Of a stretch of 64,000 nucleotides of DNA, positions 51,640 to 59,493 are shown piece after piece. Positions within the stretch are counted from its first letter, which is position 1, and each line of letters starts with the position of its first letter. The notes below the pieces were generated by a model. That model saw nothing but the letters and a program-made list of their open reading frames with translations, had not been told where the DNA came from and searched no databases. The position numbers and the translations under genes are program-made. The DNA comes from Synechococcus sp. Its GTDB lineage: Bacteria; Cyanobacteriota; Cyanobacteriia; PCC-6307; Cyanobiaceae. The stretch lies in contig JBJBDL010000003.1 of assembly GCA_047285305.1 (NCBI GenBank), forward strand, positions 1,984,001-2,048,000. The letters are read 5' to 3'.

Positions 51640-51758
51640 TACCGCCCCGCCCGCCTGAGTCGATGACTCGCAGGCGGATGCTACGGCACAACGCCATTGA
51701 GGATTGGGAGACGATGCGGAAGACGGGCTGAAGACGCTGCCCCCCGCCTGTGCGCTGA
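51640..51758 (+). pseudogene. DUF1651-like C-terminal remnant
   Basis: MTRRRMLRHNAIEDWETMRKTG*RRCPPPVR, with TGA at 51729 where the family has Trp (GWRR); N-terminal part missing. Confidence 0.65.
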
Positions 51759-51885
51759 TCAGTCGCTATTTGGCTTTGACGGTCATCGACGCAACAGGCA
51801 TTATTACCGGCGCTAATCAGCAGGATTCACGCCATTCCCAGCCACCGCACTCCCTATCAATGCAGTGATTCTGCAGAGGTATGGA

Positions 51886-53070
51886 TTAGGCCAGGGTCAA
51901 ACCACCCACTCCGGCGCAGAACAGCACCACACGCCACGCCGGTTGCCGCCAACTCACTAACAGCACAAACGCCACCAACGCCAGGCTGAACTCAGCGCCA
52001 CCGCGGATGCCTGTCTGCCAGACGGGCTGGAACAACGCCGCCAGCAGGATGCCTACCACAGATGCGTTGATGCCCAGCAGGGCTCGACGCATCGGAGCCA
52101 AACGGCCCAAATCACTCCAGAAAGGCAACAGCCCACCGACCAACAAGAACGAGGGGAAAAAGAGGGCAATGAGCGCGAACACAGAACCGGCGATGCCCTG
52201 AAGTCCAGGCTGCAGATCAAAGCCAAGAAAGGCCGCGAAACTGAACATCGGACCTGGCACAGCCTGGGCTGCGCCATACCCCGTGAGGAACTGCTGCAGG
52301 TCGATCCAACCGTTGGGTACCAAGGCTTGTTCCAGCAAGGGGAGCACCACATGACCACCACCGAACACCAAGGCACCGGTGCGCAGGAAACCACTGAGCT
52401 GCTGCAACAGCAGCGGTCTGGCCTCAGCAGACAGCCAGGGCATAGCCACGAACAGCAGCACAGCGAAACCAAGCAAAACCACCGACACCGAACGCCGCAG
52501 CGGAACTACGAGACGTTCCGGTGCCGATTGCTCCAGCGCAGGTGGGGTCAGCGCACACCAACCCACCAATCCGCCAAGCGACAGGGCCAACAGCTGGGCC
52601 CAGACGCGAGGAACCAACAGCACCAGCACAGCAGCCGCCACCATCAAGCTGGCCCGATGCCGGTCGGGAGCCAGCTTTCGCTGCAGGCCCAGAGCGGCCT
52701 GGGCCACCACGGCCACAGCCGCCACCATCAAGCCATGCACCCAGCCCCCGTCGATCCAACTGGGATGGGCTGAGAGCAGCGACGCCGCCAGCAGCATCAA
52801 CACAGCCGAAGGCAAGGTGAACCCTGCCCAGGCGGCCAACCCGCCGAGCCACCCGGCCCGAATCAGTCCCAGACCCATGCCTACCTGGGAACTCGAGGGT
52901 CCAGGCAACAACTGGCAGAGCCCAACGAGATCGGCGTAGGCATCAGCGGTGATCCAACGCTCCCGCTGCACAAAACGCTCATGGAAATAACCGAGATGCG
53001 CCACGGGGCCACCGAAGGAGGTCAGCCCCAACACGAAGAACTGAGCGAAAACCTGCAGCGGAGCGGGCAT
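51886..53070 (-). CDS. chrA: Chromate efflux transporter (CHR family)
   Basis: GLTSFGGPVAH, CQLLPGPSSSQ, FGGGHVVLP, AQAVPGP. Confidence 0.93.
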   Translation of the reverse strand: MPAPLQVFAQFFVLGLTSFGGPVAHLGYFHERFVQRERWITADAYADLVGLCQLLPGPSSSQVGMGLGLIRAGWLGGLAAWAGFTLPSAVLMLLAASLLSAHPSWIDGGWVHGLMVAAVAVVAQAALGLQRKLAPDRHRASLMVAAAVLVLLVPRVWAQLLALSLGGLVGWCALTPPALEQSAPERLVVPLRRSVSVVLLGFAVLLFVAMPWLSAEARPLLLQQLSGFLRTGALVFGGGHVVLPLLEQALVPNGWIDLQQFLTGYGAAQAVPGPMFSFAAFLGFDLQPGLQGIAGSVFALIALFFPSFLLVGGLLPFWSDLGRLAPMRRALLGINASVVGILLAALFQPVWQTGIRGGAEFSLALVAFVLLVSWRQPAWRVVLFCAGVGGLTLA

Positions 53071-53575
53071 CACGCTGCTCCTCTCAAGCAGGGAACAGGC
53101 GTCGGTTCCGATTGGCAATCGCCACCAGCGACAGCATCACCGGAACCTCCACCAGCACTCCAACAACCGTGGCCAAGGCAGCCCCGGAGTGTTCCGCTTC
53201 TGAATCTTTCTGGAATCTCTTCCTAGAGGGCATGGTCAGGGAGCTTCGATAGTCAGGCGAGTTGGATTAACCCAGTTTTTACTGGGTTGATGCCATCAAC
53301 TAGCACTTGAGTTGCTCGAACTGCTTCGAGATGCTGCTGTGTGTTGACGATCGAGTGACGCACCCTTTTTTGGGTTCGGAGTACGTGTTGGAGCACATTC
53401 AAGGACTGTTGCTCCGAAAATTCCATTCGTTTGGCTTTAGAGCGGCGCAACTATCTATAGTTCGAATCCATCAGGGGGCGTCTACGACTAAGCCACTCCA
53501 ACGAAAACGTCTTGGAATGGTTTAAGGGTGATTGAGCCCCCCGGAGTGTTGAGGGGCATCGCTCCTATCAGACGC

Positions 53576-53848
53576 TCAGCTGTAGGCCTTGGCAATCAGG
53601 GGACCAGCTTGCTCATCTGACAGCACCGGGGTGACCTCCCAGTCGAGGCACTCGGCCCACTCCGCGGCGTGCTCGTAACAGGCATCGGCGTTGTCTGCCT
53701 CCACAAGAATCCAGCCTTCAACAGAGCCCGGTGCGTGCCAACGCTTCCAGGACTTGCACTCAGGGAAAGGCGCACCCGTTGCCAGAAACTTCTTGGCAGC
53801 GATTTCGTGGTAGCCGGTCTTGAAAGACCAATGCATCAAAAAGGTCAT
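53576..53848 (-). CDS. DUF3303-like protein
   Basis: MTFLMHWSF..FLATGAP..RWHAPGS..HAAEW..WEVTPV. Confidence 0.85.
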   Translation of the reverse strand: MTFLMHWSFKTGYHEIAAKKFLATGAPFPECKSWKRWHAPGSVEGWILVEADNADACYEHAAEWAECLDWEVTPVLSDEQAGPLIAKAYS

Positions 53849-54015
53849 GGAAGGTGTTAACTCCAACACACATTCCCACAGGCCGGACATCCTGACTGTG
53901 AGGGAGAACACGCAGGGATGGAACGCTGCAGGCCCTTGCCTCAATCGTTATAGGTAGTCGTCTTGCATCCAGCATCAAGGACGTTTATATGGAGCTCATG
54001 CAGCTAGTTGGCGGA

Positions 54016-54159
54016 ATGCCGGAGCTTCTCAAGCGTCAGATTGACCGCCTGGAAACCGCCATTGACCTTTCGACGGACTGGCTTGAAATTCAATATCTGA
54101 TGGTTGAGCTCGATCAGCTCAAGGCTCTGTATGAGGAGGCAGAATCAGAGGCTGCTTAA
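54016..54159 (+). CDS. Small hypothetical protein
   Basis: Manual translation MPELLKRQIDRLETAIDLSTDWLEIQYLMVELDQLKALYEEAESEAA; alternative start at 53989. Confidence 0.7.
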   Translation: MPELLKRQIDRLETAIDLSTDWLEIQYLMVELDQLKALYEEAESEAA

Positions 54160-54279
54160 GCGAGTTTTGACCTCAGCCTCAGAGCACAACCCCATCGAGG
54201 TCAGCAACACGTCAGGACAGCTTGTTCGGCGTTATTAATCCAACCCTGCCAGCGTGGGTAATAACTGACTTTCCATGGA

Positions 54280-54483
54280 ATGAATAACGAGCAGCAGGTG
54301 GAACTGGAACGCCTCAAGCGTGTGCTTGCGGTGGCCAAGCGGAACGGGAACGAGCTGTTCATTCAAAACATCGAACGGGAGATCAGCGCCGTTCAGCGGG
54401 GTAAACACTCCCCCCTCATCGAGGAATACCTCACAGAGGAAGAACGGGCATCAAGGGGCGTCGACAACCAGACCGAGGTCTGA
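54280..54483 (+). CDS. Small hypothetical protein
   Basis: 67-aa helical ORF. Confidence 0.7.
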   Translation: MNNEQQVELERLKRVLAVAKRNGNELFIQNIEREISAVQRGKHSPLIEEYLTEEERASRGVDNQTEV

Positions 54484-54598
54484 TCAGATCGCATGCTCCC
54501 GGGTCCACGCAAGATCCAGGCCAGGCTTCCGGCGACGAACATGCACGCCATCCCAACAATCGATCGTTCAGGCCCTCAAGGCAATGCGCCTTAATGCT

Positions 54599-54970
54599 GA
54601 TGACTTTGTGCTCTGAAGGCACAAAACTATGGTCATCGAGATCGGAGGAATCCATGACGGACGACACTCCACCCCAGCAGACCGTAGAAGCAGACTGACT
54701 TTCTGGCCCCTGCTCCAACAGTCTCAACAATGACCTGGGTTGGTCCTTTGGTGGGCATGCAATGGTCCGCCACGCCAATCGACGCTCCACTTGCACCGTT
54801 TCAGGTGCCCTCGGAGAAAACGACCCAACACCTCGAGCCCATGGCCCCAGGGCGCCTCGAGCCAGAAGCTTCGACCCTTTCTTTCCCTAGCTGAAGTGAT
54901 GGGTTGAACGATGCACAAACGAGCGAGTTAGGCCGTCTTTCCACCGGGAAGGGCGGCCTTCCTCTTTGGC
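54599..54970 (+). ncRNA. Candidate structured RNA element with 14-codon sORF, copy B
   Basis: Paralog of 49350-49748; sORF 54654-54698; terminator hairpin 54930-54959. Confidence 0.6.
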
Positions 54971-55053
54971 TGATCACCCATGAAACAACACCAGCCGGAT
55001 CTCATCTCGGGCTCACGTTTAAACAGTTAAGGGAAGAGCCATGCAGGCAAGCA

Positions 55054-55371
55054 TCAAGCATCTGCATCCTCCACATCGGCACCGGAACCAACACCTTCAG
55101 ACACAGGATCCTGCCCAGGCCGCCAACCACTCTCCCAGATTCCACGCGTCTTGAGGTTCAACTCGTCGCGCGAAAGTCCCCATAGCGTGAGACATTTCTG
55201 CAGATCATCACGAATATCTTCAGCGCCAGGAAAATCTGCATATCGTGAAAATAACGCGGCAATCGTTGTCAACTGCTGGGGGCCTGGTTCGCCTTCATGA
55301 CCCAACACAGCATCGATCTGGTCGCGATCGATGGCGTAAAGCGGATGGGTTTGCTGCATGTCGTCGGTCAT
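55054..55371 (-). CDS. DUF3288-like protein
   Basis: QTHPLYAIDR, RYADFPGAEDI, WGLSRDELN. Confidence 0.82.
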   Translation of the reverse strand: MTDDMQQTHPLYAIDRDQIDAVLGHEGEPGPQQLTTIAALFSRYADFPGAEDIRDDLQKCLTLWGLSRDELNLKTRGIWESGWRPGQDPVSEGVGSGADVEDADA

Positions 55372-55410
55372 CCACCGATCATGCCTGAACAGGGCGACCA
55401 GAGCAGCAGA

Positions 55411-55602
55411 TCAGTCGAGCTCCCAGCACTCAGACCCACGACTGGTGAGCAGGCAGACAACGTGCTTTTCCTCGCTGATCAGGCGATAAGTGTGCCCATC
55501 AGCATCACTACGGGCACGGGCATGCCAGAAGGCATTGTCTTTGGAAGCGTGTTCGGCACGATTGGACCAGCCCTCAACTGTCAGCTCTTGAACCGCAAAC
55601 AT
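55411..55602 (-). CDS. Small hypothetical protein
   Basis: 63-aa ORF MFAVQELTVEGW..AFWHARARSD. Confidence 0.7.
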   Translation of the reverse strand: MFAVQELTVEGWSNRAEHASKDNAFWHARARSDADGHTYRLISEEKHVVCLLTSRGSECWELD

Positions 55603-55697
55603 GCGCTTGACTCGAACTGAACAAAGGCTCGAGGGACATGCGCGTTCTGTGCAGGATCAACAGAAACTCGTTGGGATCGCTTGATCAGCTGTTGTAA

Positions 55698-55982
55698 TCA
55701 GCGCAAAGCCGAGATTTTATCGACACTTGAACCAACTTCCTCAATAGAAAGACGCTCAGCTGTGGCGTCATTTTGAAGACGAAAGAGAAAGCCATTCACC
55801 CAAGCTGTCTCTTTATTGTTTACCTCATGGCCACGGTCGACGAATCCGGGCTGCTGCTGGAACAGATGCAGAAGAATGGTCAGAACGTCCTGCGGCGAAA
55901 GATTTTCAGGGTCAATGGATGGCATTTGATCCCTTACATCCAGATACGACATCGATCCGGTGGTCGCAACATCAAAGGCCAC
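55698..55982 (-). CDS. Hypothetical protein
   Basis: FVDRGHEVNNKETAWVNGFLFRL; start uncertain. Confidence 0.7.
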   Translation of the reverse strand: MAFDVATTGSMSYLDVRDQMPSIDPENLSPQDVLTILLHLFQQQPGFVDRGHEVNNKETAWVNGFLFRLQNDATAERLSIEEVGSSVDKISALR

Positions 55983-56016
55983 TGTCGACTAGCACACAGG
56001 ATCAGTCCATCCAAAC

Positions 56017-56041
56017 AAAAAGCCCCACCGAAGTGGGGCTT
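56017..56041 (-). terminator. Intrinsic terminator of the DUF4278-like gene
   Basis: AAGCCCCAC-CGAA-GTGGGGCTT hairpin with an A-run on the + strand. Confidence 0.85.
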
Positions 56042-56062
56042 CATACCTTGAATGCAACAGGG

Positions 56063-56269
56063 TCAGAGCCAATTGGCACGCATTGCCTCGTAGGTCACTC
56101 CTCGGTATTTCAACTGAGTTGGAGCAATCTTCTCTTTCGCCAGTTTGACGGGAGAGAGATGTGCAGAGGTGTAGTCGCCGGATTCAGATCCGCGAGCCAC
56201 GACCTTCTTGGAGCTGTTGCGGAGCTGCACGCGCAGCTCACGCTCCTTCAGAAGCTGAAGAGCATTCAT
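56063..56269 (-). CDS. DUF4278-like small protein
   Basis: MNALQLLKER...QLKYRGVTY, downstream of a glutamine riboswitch. Confidence 0.82.
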   Translation of the reverse strand: MNALQLLKERELRVQLRNSSKKVVARGSESGDYTSAHLSPVKLAKEKIAPTQLKYRGVTYEAMRANWL

Positions 56270-56287
56270 GGTGTTCCTCGTAGAAAG

Positions 56288-56346
56288 CTCAGGCCCCGTT
56301 CCATGCCCTGAGTCGAACTGCGCTTCGCTGTGTAGCGAAGTGAACG
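56288..56346 (-). ncRNA. Glutamine-II (Downstream-peptide) riboswitch
   Basis: Minus strand reads CGTTCA-CTTCGCT-ACAC-AGCGAAG-CGCAGTTCGACTCAGGGCATGGAACGGGGCCTGAG. Confidence 0.9.
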
Positions 56347-56349
56347 TTT

Positions 56350-56363
56350 GTAGCAGTTACTAC
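56350..56363 (-). promoter_or_regulatory. NtcA binding site
   Basis: TGTA-GTAACTGC-TACA on the minus strand, between an AT-rich -10-like stretch and the riboswitch. Confidence 0.85.
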
Positions 56364-56423
56364 AAGATAAATATAGGGCGCCCAAGCCCTTTGCGATGTT
56401 CATTCCGCTACAGCCAGAGGCAA

Positions 56424-56912
56424 TTAAATCAAGTTCAACCGCAAAAGCTGCGCCAGTGCGAGCGAATTGTGGTCGTCTTCGTTGGTCGTTCTCAATTCAA
56501 GGTTGAAAAAGAGCGCTGATTGCTCCTGAACAAAAGGGCCTGCATGCCACGTTCCCGGATTTATCTTGAAGGCTTCACCGGCTTGAAACTTGATCAGAGC
56601 GATCGAGGATGCGGGGGGCGGACAGCCGGAATCCGTGGAAGGGGCCATGGCCAGCCACCAGGGCTGTGCATCGGCAGACCCCAGACACTGACTCACGCGA
56701 TGGTGCCGTGTCATCGACTTGAGCACAGGAGGCCGGCGGCGGATCCGCATCACGTAAAAGCGCGGTTGACCATCTGCAGCGAAGTACAGATCTGCGTCCG
56801 CTGAACCGAACAATGCAGGATCGCTCTGCGGACGCAACAAGGTGCCACAGCGCTCCAACCAGGGCGAGTCCGATGCAATCGGCATCAGGATCTGGGCTTC
56901 CTCATGATCCAT
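56424..56912 (-). CDS. Ureidoglycolate lyase-like cupin protein
   Basis: PRFYVM, MTRHHRVSQCLGS, GTWHAGP, FFNLE..TN; start uncertain. Confidence 0.78.
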   Translation of the reverse strand: MDHEEAQILMPIASDSPWLERCGTLLRPQSDPALFGSADADLYFAADGQPRFYVMRIRRRPPVLKSMTRHHRVSQCLGSADAQPWWLAMAPSTDSGCPPPASSIALIKFQAGEAFKINPGTWHAGPFVQEQSALFFNLELRTTNEDDHNSLALAQLLRLNLI

Positions 56913-57019
56913 CCCGTCAGGATATGAAAACCAGGCCATGCACCCGTGCAACAAATGGTGCCTTGGGCCACTGACGCCAAGGTCGGAACTCCCTATCACC
57001 TCAAAAAGGTGAACCGAGC

Positions 57020-57316
57020 ATGCTGACCACATCGACACGCTTGAAACTGCAAAACATCTGCAGCCGCCTGGCTCAGGGTGAGTTCGTGTCACTCCAAGAA
57101 CGCGTCTATCTTCAAAAATTTGCCGAACGCGATCGCAGCGTGAGCACGTGGGTGAGCAGAGCGCAACGTTTTCAACGGGAAGGCACACAACAAGGCCTCG
57201 ACGGCTTGATGGCCGATCTCGACTTGGGGCAACGTCATCCAGACGACCCTGAGCATCCAGAAGACGATCTCGGCGACTGGTTCAGCAATGCCTCGCCTTG
57301 GCTGCGTCGCGACTGA
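57020..57316 (+). CDS. Hypothetical protein
   Basis: MLTTSTRLKLQNIC...VSLQERVY...DDLGDWFSNASPWLRRD. Confidence 0.8.
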   Translation: MLTTSTRLKLQNICSRLAQGEFVSLQERVYLQKFAERDRSVSTWVSRAQRFQREGTQQGLDGLMADLDLGQRHPDDPEHPEDDLGDWFSNASPWLRRD

Positions 57317-57322
57317 CGGGCC

Positions 57323-57616
57323 TTAGCTGGGATCGTCGAGGGGGCCTAAATGGTTGACGGCAACCGCTTGCAACGTCTTCAACGATTCCAGAACAGCCAG
57401 TCGTTGCTGAGCCTGAGCAAGCATCGGCTTGCCATGGGGGACGCAGGATTCGATCAGAGATGCCGCCTCAGAGGCTTCAGCCTTCACCCAGCTCGTGCAT
57501 CGTTCAAGGCGGGTGGTCAGATCACCATCTCGCAATGCGCCCGAGTAGTTCGGCCCCGCGAAAACCTCGAGAAGTGTCGCCAGTGCGTCCCTGGCCTGCT
57601 CCCGGTTCACCGTCAT
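57323..57616 (-). CDS. Hypothetical protein
   Basis: MTVNREQARDAL...SCVPHGKPML. Confidence 0.75.
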   Translation of the reverse strand: MTVNREQARDALATLLEVFAGPNYSGALRDGDLTTRLERCTSWVKAEASEAASLIESCVPHGKPMLAQAQQRLAVLESLKTLQAVAVNHLGPLDDPS

Positions 57617-57913
57617 AGGGCTTGTGGAATACGGGTCCACACTGGCAGCCCAGGCACAAAAAAGCCGCCACAAATGGGCGGCCGGGTGATGGGGATATCC
57701 ACAGCTTACCCGAACGATCCAGTGATTGCAGGCCTTTTGAAGAAACGGCGACAACACGAACCGCCAAAGTTTTCCACCTTCCTGTGGATAAGCTGCCGCC
57801 AAGCGGAGTTTTGTGAAATTCAATCCACCACATCTGGTGGATCAGCTGCACAAACTTGACGAGAAGCACTACACTTATTGAAAAGCCGGGTGATGGGGAT
57901 TACTTGGCTTATT

Positions 57914-57938
57914 CCTCCGTTCAACGGAGGTTTTTTTA
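57914..57938 (+). terminator. Intrinsic terminator with no protein gene directly upstream on this strand
   Basis: CCTCCGT-TCA-ACGGAGG followed by TTTTTTT. Confidence 0.75.
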
Positions 57939-58174
57939 TGCCTTCTTCCATGACAAGGCAGTCCTGTCTGCAGAGCTCACATAGCCAAGGGGCACGTCCA
58001 TGCAGAAGAGGTAAGCCACATCTGCACAACTTTGTTCACGCATCTGACTCATCTCGGTGAACTGGAGACTGCTTCAAGGTCTGACCCAAGCCCGTGCAAT
58101 CAAAAAACAACCTCTGTCAGACAAGAGTCAGACCCACGCCATAGGCTCCGTGCAACAACACAAGATCTCACCAG

Positions 58175-58453
58175 ATGCGTGGCCTGAACGGATTGCTGCT
58201 GCTAACGATTGCTCTGAGCGTGCTCCCGTCTTCAGCAAACGCTCTTGAGCTGGGTCCTTGTGAACCAGCTCAAGCGGTGAAGATCATCGACACCAGCCTG
58301 GGACAAGGAAAAACGCTTCAGCAAGCCATGCAGATGATGATCAAATCGAAAGTGTTCGACGGATCCAAAGCGTGCATCACCTTCATCCGCGAGACCTCGA
58401 TGAGCATGCGAGATTCATACCCAAGAGCCTTTAAATCGCTTTGGTTGAATTAG
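58175..58453 (+). CDS. Small secreted hypothetical protein
   Basis: Signal peptide ending ANA, two Cys. Confidence 0.75.
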   Translation: MRGLNGLLLLTIALSVLPSSANALELGPCEPAQAVKIIDTSLGQGKTLQQAMQMMIKSKVFDGSKACITFIRETSMSMRDSYPRAFKSLWLN

Positions 58454-58556
58454 GTATCCGTCGGATCCTGATGATGTCGGTTTGGCGGAGAACCGGGCCT
58501 TAAGCCAACGGCGCACGAGCAAACCCGACATCATCGGGCCAGGATCTCGGCGCATC

Positions 58557-59351
58557 ATGCAAACCCCACGACGGATCAACGATCCCGCCAATAGCCTCGC
58601 GGTGGTGGTTGCCGTCGTTCTCAGCGCGCTGCTGTTGTTGGGGCAGGCTCTGTTCATCGTTCCAGCCGGCAAAGTTGCGGTAGTCACAACCTTGGGCAAG
58701 GTGAGCGGAGGGTCGAGACTCCCCGGCCTCAATCTCAAGGTGCCGTTCATTCAATCGGTGTATCCCTTTGATGTGCGCACCCAGGTCAAACCGGAGGAAT
58801 TTGCAACCCTCACCAAAGACCTCCAGGTGATCGAAGCCACCGCAACCGTGAAATACGCCGTTCGCCCCAACGAAGCCGGGCGGATCTACAGAACGATCGC
58901 CGGCAACGACCGCGAGATCTATCCCCGCATCATTCAGCCGTCGTTGCTGAAAGCCCTGAAGTCGGTCTTCTCCCAGTACGAGCTCGTCACCATTGCCACC
59001 GAATGGAACGACATCTCCGCCCTGGTGGAGCGCACGGTCGCCGAAGAACTCGACAAATTTGATTACGTGGAAGTACGGGGTCTCGACCTCACAGGCCTGC
59101 AGATCGCCGAGGAATATCGCGCTGCCATTGAACAGAAACAGATCGCAGAGCAGCAACTGCTACGCGCTCAGACCGAAGTAAAAATCGCTGAGCAGGAAGC
59201 CCTGCGCTACGACACCCTCAACCGCAGCCTTGACGATCAGGTGCTCTACAAGCTTTTCCTCGACAAATGGGATGGGCAAACGGAGGTAGTGCCAGCCCTT
59301 CCGGGCAGCAACGCCAGCACACCTCCAGTAATTGTGGGGCGACGCAGCTGA
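58557..59351 (+). CDS. Prohibitin/SPFH (Band 7) protein
   Basis: TM helix, IVPAG, PGLNLKVPF, TKDLQ, AIEQKQIAEQ, KWDG. Confidence 0.92.
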   Translation: MQTPRRINDPANSLAVVVAVVLSALLLLGQALFIVPAGKVAVVTTLGKVSGGSRLPGLNLKVPFIQSVYPFDVRTQVKPEEFATLTKDLQVIEATATVKYAVRPNEAGRIYRTIAGNDREIYPRIIQPSLLKALKSVFSQYELVTIATEWNDISALVERTVAEELDKFDYVEVRGLDLTGLQIAEEYRAAIEQKQIAEQQLLRAQTEVKIAEQEALRYDTLNRSLDDQVLYKLFLDKWDGQTEVVPALPGSNASTPPVIVGRRS

Positions 59352-59493
59352 ACGAACGCCAGCCGTGGTTGTTGATCAACAATCGCTTCTCGAAGACAAA
59401 GATCGTCTCGAGGAACTGCACCGCTATTACGTCAAACGATCGGATCGGCTCCTTAGCGTTGATCAGGGATGGAGGAATTAGAGAGGCGATGAC

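Larger units (their letters stand above)
47323..53482. mobile_element. tRNA-Arg-integrated genomic island (attL 47323-47345, attR 53460-53482), no integrase inside
   Basis: Identical 23-mer GTTCGAATCCATCAGGGGGCGTC at both ends; AT-richer small-gene cargo; excisionase-like HTH gene. Confidence 0.88.

Noticed and set aside
53253..53450. 65-aa minus-strand ORF next to attR
   Set aside because: No motif or clear start signal to support it.
53460..53482. Second tRNA gene
   Set aside because: Only the T-arm and acceptor 3' side are present; interpreted as attR.
53182..53550. 12-bp repeat CCCCGGAGTGTT on either side of attR
   Set aside because: Too short to exclude chance; the second copy appears to be part of a terminator-like hairpin.
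54597..54640. CTGATGA followed by a stem, suggesting a hammerhead ribozyme
   Set aside because: The required GAAA after stem II is absent and copy A lacks CTGATGA.
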